Below are positions 56,877 to 64,000 of a DNA stretch of 64,000 bases, piece after piece (positions within the stretch are counted from its first letter, which is position 1; each line of letters begins with the position of its first letter). Position numbers and translations under genes: made by a program. The notes under the pieces are model-generated. The model was not told where the DNA came from. It saw only the letters and a program-made list of their open reading frames with translations, and made no database searches. The stretch covers positions 10,755-74,754 of the forward strand of contig CAIQKM010000157.1 of the NCBI GenBank assembly GCA_903872345.1, given 5' to 3'. This DNA is from an uncultured Verrucomicrobia subdivision 3 bacterium (GTDB lineage: Bacteria; Verrucomicrobiota; Verrucomicrobiia; Limisphaerales; UBA11358).

Positions 56877-58082
56877 TTACTTCGCGGCCGTTTTGCGGTT
56901 GCCTAGGAGCAGGAAGCCCAAGGCTGTTGGACCCGCAATGATCCCGGCGATCAGCGCTAGCGCCCACGCAGGCATCACAAACTTGCTGGTCTGCACATCG
57001 GGCGTCACCGACAGGCCGGGGCCGATCACCTTGTCGGCGGGCAGCGGTTCATCAAACACGATTTTCACCGGCACGCGCTGGATGACTTTCACAAAGTTGC
57101 CGGTGGCATTTTCCGGGGGCAGCAGACTGAATTGTGCGCCGCTGCCGGCTTGGATACTATCCACGTGCGCGGCAAAAATGCGTCCGCCCAAGGCATCAAT
57201 GGCCACGCTGACCGGCTGCCCGGGCTGCATGTTTTTCAACTGCGATTCCTTGAAGTTGGCCACCACCCAGACCTCCATGGGCACGATGGACAGCAACTGC
57301 TGGCCAGTCTGCACATAATCGCCAGTTTCCACGGCCTTGCGGGTGATGCGGCCGGCCGCCGGGGCCACGATTTTGGTGTAGGTCAGGTTTAGCCGGGCTT
57401 CGGCGGTGTTGGTTTGCGCCTCGCGCCACTGCGCCTGCACGGTGGCGGTCTGCGCCAGGGCGGCCGCGAGCGCCTGATTGGCTTCATCCACCTTGGCAAC
57501 GGACTCCGCCGAGCTTTCCAAGGCGGACTTCCAGTCGGCCTCCGCCTGGGTGCTGGCGGCCTTGGCCGCGTCAAATTCGGACTGGGAAATGGTGTTCTGA
57601 TGCCGCAGTTCCGTGGCGCGGACAAAATCCGCCTTGGCCCGGACGGCCGCGGCCTCCGCCGCCGCCTCGTCCGCCTTGGCTTTGCGCACCGCCGCGCCGG
57701 CGGTGGTAACCTTCAGCCGCATCAGTTCACCGGCGGCGATCATCGTCCGGTAGCTGGCCTCCTGGGCATCCGCCGTTGCCTGCTTCTGTGCCAGCGCAAT
57801 GTCATAATCCGCCGGATCAATCGCCACCAGCAGTTCGTTGGAATTCACCAACTGGTTGTCCAGCACCTTCACGTCGGTCACCTGGCCGGCCACGCGCGGG
57901 GCCAGCGAAATGACATGGCCCGCAATGAAGGCATCATCCGTGGATTCGTGCGTGAACACTTCCACCAGATAAACGAGGCCGAAATAGATGCCGACCCCCG
58001 CCACGATGGCGATGGACCAAAGGACGAGGGGCGATTGCAATTTTTTTGGGGCCGGGGTTTCCGGCGTGGGCGTATCACTCAT
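56877..58082 (-). CDS. HlyD/EmrA-like membrane fusion protein
   Basis: It has a single N-terminal TM helix (LVLWSIAIVAGVGIYFGLVYLV) and a long A/E/Q-rich coiled coil. The beta-barrel block is IVAPAAGRITRKAVETGDYVQTGQQLLSIVP. The start overlaps the stop of the upstream RND gene (ATGA at 58079..58082). Confidence 0.88.
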   Translation of the reverse strand: MSDTPTPETPAPKKLQSPLVLWSIAIVAGVGIYFGLVYLVEVFTHESTDDAFIAGHVISLAPRVAGQVTDVKVLDNQLVNSNELLVAIDPADYDIALAQKQATADAQEASYRTMIAAGELMRLKVTTAGAAVRKAKADEAAAEAAAVRAKADFVRATELRHQNTISQSEFDAAKAASTQAEADWKSALESSAESVAKVDEANQALAAALAQTATVQAQWREAQTNTAEARLNLTYTKIVAPAAGRITRKAVETGDYVQTGQQLLSIVPMEVWVVANFKESQLKNMQPGQPVSVAIDALGGRIFAAHVDSIQAGSGAQFSLLPPENATGNFVKVIQRVPVKIVFDEPLPADKVIGPGLSVTPDVQTSKFVMPAWALALIAGIIAGPTALGFLLLGNRKTAAK

Positions 58083-61000
58083 ATGTCAGTTCCATCCGCG
58101 TTCATCGGCACCGCTTTTTCGTTGGCGTGATCCTTGGCGATCAGGACATAGATGGCCGGGATCACCAGCAGCGTGAAGATCGTGCCCAAGGCCATGCCCG
58201 AGACGATCACGAGACCAATTGAATTACGGGCCGCCGCGCCGGCACCCGTCACCATGGTGAGCGGAAAATGCCCGGCCACCGTGGCCACACTGGTCATCAG
58301 CACCGGGCGCAACCGCAGCAGCGAGGCTTCGCGGATGGCAACTATTTTAGTCCGGCCCGCACGCTGGAGCTCATTGGCAAATTGCACGATCAGAATGCCG
58401 TTCTTGGACACCAGGCCGATCAGCGTTACCAGCCCGACCTGCGAATAAATATTCAGCGTGGTCGTCCAGCCATTCGTCCAGAACGGAATGTTGGGATTCG
58501 GCATTTTCAGGAAGCAGAAGATCAGCGCGCCGAACATCGCCAGCGGCACCGAGCCGAGCAGGATGATGAGCGGATCGCGGAAGCTGTTGAACTGCGCCGC
58601 CAGCACCAGGAAGATGAGTGTGACGGACAAAATCAGCGCCGGAATGAACTTGTTGCCTTCCGTGCGCAACTGGCGGGATTCACCGGTATAATCCACACGG
58701 CTGCCGGCCGGCAGAATTTTGCGGCTCTCCGTTTCCAAAAAGGTCAGCGCCGTGCCCAGCGGCACAATGGCCACGCCGCTCAGCTTGATGGAGTTCAACT
58801 GCTGGAAACGGTTGAGCGAGCGCGGGGTGGTCTTCTTCTCGAAATGCGCAAAGGTGCTCACCTGAATGAGTTCCTTGCCGGGACCCTTCACGTAGGCGCT
58901 TTCCAGCTGGTCCGCGTTCAGGCGCGAGCCGCGGCGGAGCTGGGGAATCACCTTATAACTGCGGCCCGCCAGGTTGAAGCGGTTCACATAATTGCCGCCG
59001 ACGAGCGCGGAAAGATCGGAGCCCACCGTTTGCAGGTCCAGACCCAGCGCCGCCACCTTGTCGCGGTCAATCACGAGTTCCACCTCGGGCTGGTCAATCT
59101 TGGTATCGATGATCGGCGGAAAGGCAAACATGCCGTTGGTGGCCGCCATCTGGGCAATCTGCTGGGCATAGGGCAGCAGCTGCTCAGGTTCCGAGGTCGA
59201 GGATATCACAAATTCCACCGGGAACTGGCCGCCGCCGGGCAGGGCAGGGGGCGTGACCATCAGCAGCCGGATGCCCGGCACCTGGTTCACCATCATCTGC
59301 ACTTCCGGCTGAATCTTGAACACCGTGCGTTTCCGCTCGCCCCAGGGTTTCAGCACCATGCCGCTAAAACCGCTGTCCGGCATGGTCAATTGGAACGACT
59401 GCTCCATTTCCGGCACGGTTTGGAACAGGTTGTTGACCGCGTCCGCATAGAAGGAGGCCTGTTCAATGGTCGAATTGGCCGGGCCTTCCACAATGCCGAA
59501 TACCACCCCCTGATCTTCCGTGGGCGCCAGTTCGTTTGCGGACATCATATACATTGGAATTGCCAGCAGGCTGAGGCAGATCCAGATGATGTAAATGGTC
59601 GGGCGCATTGTCAGGGTTTTGTCCAGTACCCGGCCGTAAAAGACTTTCAGCCGGTCAAAATCGCGGTTCACACGACCCACAAATCCGCGATCTTCGCGGT
59701 CATGGCTCAGCAGTCGCGATGCCATGACGGGCGAGAGAGTCAGCGCCACGACGCCGGAGATGAATACCGCGCCTGCCAGCGTAAGGGCGAATTCGCGGAA
59801 CAACGAGCCGGTCAGCCCGCCTTGAAATGCAATCGGCGCATACACCGCCGCCAGCGTGATGGTCATTGCAATGATGGGGCCGACCAGTTCGCGTGCGCCA
59901 ACCAGCGCGGCGTTGATGGGTGTTTTGCCTTCGCGGATATGCCGCTCCACGTTTTCCACCACCACGATCGCATCGTCTACCACCAGACCGACCGAGAGCA
60001 CGATCGCCAGCAGTGTCAGCAGGTTCAGCGAGAAGCCCAGTGACTGCATCAGGAAAATGCCGCCGATGAGGGACAGCGGAATCGCCACCAGCGGAATCAT
60101 CACCGAGCGGATGGAACCGAGGAACAGGAAGATGACCACCGAGACAATTAACAGCGTCTCCGTGAGGGTCTTCATTACTTCATGGATGGCATCGTCAATG
60201 TACTTGGTGGCGTCATAGGCCACGCGACCCTTCAGGCCGGTGGGCAGTTCCTTTTCAATGGCCGCCATTTCCGTGCGGACGCGTTTGATGACATCCAGCG
60301 AATTGGCGTTGGGCAGCACCCACACGCCCATGAACACGGCGCGTTCGCCCGTGAAGCGCACTTCGCTGTCGTAATCTTCCGCGCCGAGTGACACATCCGC
60401 GATGTCCTGCAACCGCACCAACTGGTCGCCGTTCTGGCGCACCACCAGATTTTTGAATTCATCCACCGACCGCAGATCCGTATTCGCCGTGAGGTTCACT
60501 TCGATGAGCGAGCCTTTGGTATGACCGACGGCGGAAAGGAAGTTATTCGCCGAGAGCGCCACGCGGACCTGGTTTGGGCTGATGTTGAACGCCGCCAGCC
60601 GATCCGGCTTCAACCAGATGCGCATGGCAAACGTACGGCCGCCCAAAATGTCTGCGCGCTGCACGCCTTCCAGCGCGGCCAGGCGCGGCTGCACAATGCG
60701 GGTCAGGTAATCCGTGATTTGGTTGGCTTCCAGGATGCCGGAGGAAAAGCTCAGGTATGCCGAGGCGAATTGCGAGTCCGCCGTCTCGATGTTGATCGTG
60801 GGGATTTCCGCCTCCGGCGGCAGGTCGTTGCGCACCTGGCTGACCTTGGAATTGATTTCCGTGAGCGCCTTCTTGGCGTCGTAATTCAATTTCAGCCGCG
60901 CCGTAATCGTGGAGAGACCGAGCTTGCTGGCGGATTCGATGTAATCAATGCCGTCCGCCGCCGCGATGGCGCGTTCGATGGGCTGCGTCACGAAGCCGCG

Positions 61001-61180
61001 CACGAGGTCCGCGCTGGCGCCCACGTACACGGTGGTGACGGTGACGGTGGCGTTTTCATTGCGCGGATACTGCCGCACGTTCAGTGAGCTGATGGCCTGC
61101 AAACCCGCGATCAAAATGATCAGGTTCACGACCACCGAGAGCACCGGCCGGCGGATGAAAAGGTCGGTAATGGATTTCAT
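58079..61180 (-). CDS. RND efflux transporter permease (AcrB/MdtB-like, HAE1 type)
   Basis: The protein is 1033 aa. The N-terminus is MKSITDLFIRRPVLSVVVNLIILIAGL. LVVDDAIVVVENVERH is present, and the organisation (two large periplasmic loops, 12 TMS) is typical. Confidence 0.92.
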   Translation of the reverse strand: MKSITDLFIRRPVLSVVVNLIILIAGLQAISSLNVRQYPRNENATVTVTTVYVGASADLVRGFVTQPIERAIAAADGIDYIESASKLGLSTITARLKLNYDAKKALTEINSKVSQVRNDLPPEAEIPTINIETADSQFASAYLSFSSGILEANQITDYLTRIVQPRLAALEGVQRADILGGRTFAMRIWLKPDRLAAFNISPNQVRVALSANNFLSAVGHTKGSLIEVNLTANTDLRSVDEFKNLVVRQNGDQLVRLQDIADVSLGAEDYDSEVRFTGERAVFMGVWVLPNANSLDVIKRVRTEMAAIEKELPTGLKGRVAYDATKYIDDAIHEVMKTLTETLLIVSVVIFLFLGSIRSVMIPLVAIPLSLIGGIFLMQSLGFSLNLLTLLAIVLSVGLVVDDAIVVVENVERHIREGKTPINAALVGARELVGPIIAMTITLAAVYAPIAFQGGLTGSLFREFALTLAGAVFISGVVALTLSPVMASRLLSHDREDRGFVGRVNRDFDRLKVFYGRVLDKTLTMRPTIYIIWICLSLLAIPMYMMSANELAPTEDQGVVFGIVEGPANSTIEQASFYADAVNNLFQTVPEMEQSFQLTMPDSGFSGMVLKPWGERKRTVFKIQPEVQMMVNQVPGIRLLMVTPPALPGGGQFPVEFVISSTSEPEQLLPYAQQIAQMAATNGMFAFPPIIDTKIDQPEVELVIDRDKVAALGLDLQTVGSDLSALVGGNYVNRFNLAGRSYKVIPQLRRGSRLNADQLESAYVKGPGKELIQVSTFAHFEKKTTPRSLNRFQQLNSIKLSGVAIVPLGTALTFLETESRKILPAGSRVDYTGESRQLRTEGNKFIPALILSVTLIFLVLAAQFNSFRDPLIILLGSVPLAMFGALIFCFLKMPNPNIPFWTNGWTTTLNIYSQVGLVTLIGLVSKNGILIVQFANELQRAGRTKIVAIREASLLRLRPVLMTSVATVAGHFPLTMVTGAGAAARNSIGLVIVSGMALGTIFTLLVIPAIYVLIAKDHANEKAVPMNADGTDI

Positions 61181-61254
61181 GGCATCGCGCGTTCAGATTC
61201 CGAAAGGACGCTGGAGATTTGCATGAGATAAATAGTGGTGAGGTTGCCGCCGGC

Positions 61255-62370
61255 TCAACTGTTCGGCGGGGTGGGGGTGGTGGAGGTTTGGGGAACCACG
61301 TTGGTATTGTTATTTTCCGTCACGCTCGTGCCGTTGCGCAGTTTGAACACGCCGGCCGTCACCACCTTGTCGCCCGCCTTCAGGCCGCTCTCCACGCTCA
61401 CAAAATCGCCCCGGTTGCGGCCGGTGCGGATGAATTTCTGTTCCACCACCTGATTGGTGGCCCCGTTGATCACAAACACGGAATCGCCATACGGCGCGCC
61501 CAGCACGGCGGTGGACGGAATGACCAGCACCGGCTTGGCGCCCGGCAGTTCCACGGTGGTGCGCACAAACATGCCCGGACGCAGCAGCGAATCCGCATTG
61601 TCAAACGTGGCCCGCACCCGGATGGTGCGCGTGGTGGTGTCCAGATCGGGATTGATGGCAGTTACCGTGCCGGTAAAGGATTTGTCGGCATAACTGTCCG
61701 AAGTGACGCGGACGGGCAGGCCGGTCTGGATGCGGGCGAGTTCCTGCTGCGCCAGCGAAAAATCCACATACACCGGCGCCAGCGCCTGCAAGGAGACGAT
61801 CCCCGCGCCCGCGTTGAGCGATTCGCCCAAGTTTACCAGCCGGAGCCCCAGCTTGCCGCTGAACGGCGCGCGAATGGTCTTCTTGGCGATGATGGCGCGG
61901 ACATTGTCCGCATTGGCTTCCGCCTGTTCCAGCGCCGCTTCCGAGGCGTCCACCTCGGATTGGGAGACCGTCTTGTCCGTGTGCAACTGGCGGTTGCGTT
62001 CCGCGTTCAGCTTGGCCAGCTTGGCCTGGGCTTCCAGGGCGCGCAACTGGGCCTCCTCGGTGGAGGTGTCCAGCTTCACCAGCAGGTCGCCCTTCCGGAC
62101 CGTCGCGCCGGATTCAAAATCAATTTCGCTCACCGTGCCCGCGATTTCCGGGGACACCGTCACGCCCTGCGCGGCGTTCACGGTGCCCACGGCGGAGAGC
62201 GTTTCCGGCCATTGTTCTTCCGTGGCCAGACTCGAGGAGACGGCTTCCGGCGGCGGGGCGAACAGGGCCGCCGCGCCGATCATGGTTTTGATTTGCAGGG
62301 CCTTCACCCCCACCAGCGCACCGGCGATCACGACCACCAGGGCAATTCCCAAGAGCAGTTTCTTATTCAT
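61255..62370 (-). CDS. RND-type periplasmic adaptor (membrane fusion protein)
   Basis: It has an N-terminal anchor and the lipoyl-like block VSPEIAGTVSEIDFESGATVRKGDLLVKLD. A coiled-coil hairpin and IRAPFSGKLGLRLVNLGE follow. It sits directly upstream of the RND pump. Confidence 0.88.
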   Translation of the reverse strand: MNKKLLLGIALVVVIAGALVGVKALQIKTMIGAAALFAPPPEAVSSSLATEEQWPETLSAVGTVNAAQGVTVSPEIAGTVSEIDFESGATVRKGDLLVKLDTSTEEAQLRALEAQAKLAKLNAERNRQLHTDKTVSQSEVDASEAALEQAEANADNVRAIIAKKTIRAPFSGKLGLRLVNLGESLNAGAGIVSLQALAPVYVDFSLAQQELARIQTGLPVRVTSDSYADKSFTGTVTAINPDLDTTTRTIRVRATFDNADSLLRPGMFVRTTVELPGAKPVLVIPSTAVLGAPYGDSVFVINGATNQVVEQKFIRTGRNRGDFVSVESGLKAGDKVVTAGVFKLRNGTSVTENNNTNVVPQTSTTPTPPNS

Positions 62371-63022
62371 GCGATTTCGTTTTAAATTTCGGTTTAACTT
62401 TGCGTTTTAAAGTTTTGGCTCCCTTTGCCTTTGTGCCACCCGCTCCGGCCAGAAACAGCTTCACAATCCGCTGCGCCGTCAGCCGGTCCGGCTTGAAATC
62501 CGGCGCAATCAGGTGCGACACCAGATAAAAATTCACATGGCCGTAAATGCCGTAGGCCAGCTCCCGGCTGTCAAAGTCCCGGCTCAGTTCGCCCTTTTTC
62601 TGGGCCGCTTGGATCAGCTCATGGACAAATTCAAAGTTCCGCTCGCACTTTTCCGTGCAGGCCAGATTATCCGGCAGCTCGCCGGCGGAGGTAAACATGG
62701 TGCCGAACGACAGCCGCATCAAATTCCGGTTCCGGCAGCAATAATCAAACAGCGTTTCCAATATGGCCTCCAACTGCGCCTGAATGCCCGTGTTCTGCGC
62801 CGCCGCCTCCCGCAGGATGCGATACCGCTCATCATGCGCCTCATGCACCAGCGCCCGGAACAAATCCGCCTTGTCCTGAAAATAATAATACAGCGCCGGC
62901 TTGGACACCCGCGCATCGCCCACGATCTGCTGCACCGAAGTCGTGGCATACCCCGCGTCGGCAAAGCGCTTCAGCGCCGCCGAGAGAATCTGCCGCCGCG
63001 TTTCGGGGCCGCTCTGCAACAT
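62363..63022 (-). CDS. TetR/AcrR-family transcriptional regulator
   Basis: The N-terminal HTH is RRQILSAALKRFADAGYATTSVQQIVGDARVSKPALYYYFQDKADLF. It is the first gene of the efflux operon, and its 3' end overlaps the adaptor gene by 8 nt. Confidence 0.88.
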   Translation of the reverse strand: MLQSGPETRRQILSAALKRFADAGYATTSVQQIVGDARVSKPALYYYFQDKADLFRALVHEAHDERYRILREAAAQNTGIQAQLEAILETLFDYCCRNRNLMRLSFGTMFTSAGELPDNLACTEKCERNFEFVHELIQAAQKKGELSRDFDSRELAYGIYGHVNFYLVSHLIAPDFKPDRLTAQRIVKLFLAGAGGTKAKGAKTLKRKVKPKFKTKSHE

Positions 63023-63026
63023 AACT

Positions 63027-63038
63027 TACCGTACGGTA
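63027..63038. promoter_or_regulatory. Perfect 12-nt palindrome taccgtacggta, candidate TetR operator
   Basis: It lies 5 to 16 nt upstream of the TetR start codon (63022). On the coding strand it is preceded by taaatt (-10-like). A second inverted repeat, tcaaaca-ct-tgtttga, lies at 63058..63073. Confidence 0.45.
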
Positions 63039-63116
63039 GGTAATTTATGCCCGTTTGTCAAACACTTGTTTGAATTTAGGCGCAGCGGGGGGGGAATAAA
63101 AGGGCGGGAGAGCCGA

Positions 63117-63539
63117 CTAAGCGCGCAACAGCCAATACGCCATAGTGGCCAGGGCAATGGCAATTAGCAGCCCACCTGCCAATATCGCTGGCCGCCGCCG
63201 GTCGGCGCGCAGCATTAAAATCACGAACCCGGCGGGATAGGCGAGGGAGCACACCGCCATAGCCGTCCAATTGAACCAGCCCGCCCAATGCCCGCGGTCC
63301 ACTGCCTGGAACCACATGCTGGTAGTGAAGCCATACATCAGCGGGCAAATTAGGACCGCTTGCCTGCCGGATACCCCGTTTTTCAGCAGTTGGGGCAGCA
63401 GGAACAACGCCGGCCCAAACCACGCCAGCAGGGTAATGGCGACAATGGCCTTGCGCGACCGGTTGTGGAGCACGTTCATGGCAGACTGATTAACCATCAA
63501 TGCGCCAGATTTACCCGGGCGAGTCAATCGCCAAACCAA
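63117..63539 (-). CDS. Small hydrophobic membrane protein, unknown function
   Basis: The ORF has about four hydrophobic segments (AIVAITLLAWFGPALFLL, AVLICPLMYGF, AMAVCSLAYPAGFVILML, LAGGLLIAIALATMAYWLL). The start is uncertain; ATG 63479 (MNVLHN) is an alternative. Confidence 0.5.
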   Translation of the reverse strand: MVWRLTRPGKSGALMVNQSAMNVLHNRSRKAIVAITLLAWFGPALFLLPQLLKNGVSGRQAVLICPLMYGFTTSMWFQAVDRGHWAGWFNWTAMAVCSLAYPAGFVILMLRADRRRPAILAGGLLIAIALATMAYWLLRA

Positions 63540-63699
63540 ACCGGGCGCATCCGCGTACCGCCCGGAGCGCCGGTCTGTGACCGGCTTATCAATTCACGAT
63601 GGTCGGCCAGCGTGGCTCTATTCCATAGTTTTGTGAAAACGAACGGCTCCGCTCGGCGGACGTTTCTCGGGCAGTTTCAGGATGGCCTCGCCGCCACCC

Positions 63700-63891
63700 T
63701 CATTCCGCGCCAATTTTAAACTTGGCCACCGTTTTAGCCACCACCCTGGTCCCTTGCTTCACTGTGACCGTGCAGATGGCAAAGTCGGCCGCACCTTTTT
63801 TCGGACAGAACACATCCACCGCAACCGTTTCCATTTTGGAATCACTCGAACCCACAAAGCACGACGCCTTCTGCCCCAGCGTCGCCAGCAC
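63700..63891 (-). CDS. Small hypothetical ORF (63 aa)
   Basis: Its Lys-rich, non-antisense-like composition is unusual for a chance ORF in GC-rich DNA. I recognise no motif. Confidence 0.3.
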   Translation of the reverse strand: MLATLGQKASCFVGSSDSKMETVAVDVFCPKKGAADFAICTVTVKQGTRVVAKTVAKFKIGAE

Positions 63892-64000
63892 CCGGGGCGT
63901 GGAAAAGTTCTCTTTCCCCGCTTCTCGATTCGTGTCCCTTCGTGTTTATTCGTGGTTGCCTTGTCTTGGAAATCGTCAAGCTTCCGCCGCCGGCAAATTA

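Overview
GC-rich bacterial chromosomal segment. The gene content points to the PVC superphylum, most consistent with Verrucomicrobiota: prepilin-type N-terminal / H-X9-DG proteins, giant autotransporter-associated beta-strand-repeat (PATR) and LamG proteins, and twin-arginine-signal glycoside hydrolases. I count about 34 densely packed protein-coding genes and saw no rRNA, tRNA or CRISPR array. The first ~55 kb is built from repeated glycan-utilisation-like cassettes. Each cassette has a periplasmic beta-propeller/Y_Y_Y sensor histidine kinase with a NarL-type response regulator (three paralogous pairs), a pseudopilin-like H-X9-DG gene, one or more 600-1500 aa secreted repeat proteins, and CAZymes. 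The CAZyme set (GH125, GH29, two GH92, GH2, a GH20-like enzyme, two sialate-O-acetylesterase-like enzymes) fits N-glycan-type breakdown. Six of the large secreted proteins end in the same ~55-75 aa C-terminal module finishing in F-Y-[RI]-[LIM], which I cannot assign to a described sorting signal. One giant PATR gene is split by a frameshift inside a C9 homopolymer. The gap at 48.4-49.0 kb holds a 180 bp imperfect palindrome (MITE- or sRNA-like) bracketed by 16 nt direct repeats. The last ~9 kb is a TetR-headed composite efflux operon on the minus strand: RND adaptor and pump, then an EmrA/EmrB-like MFS pair. All family calls rest on motifs read from the translations, since no database search was possible.
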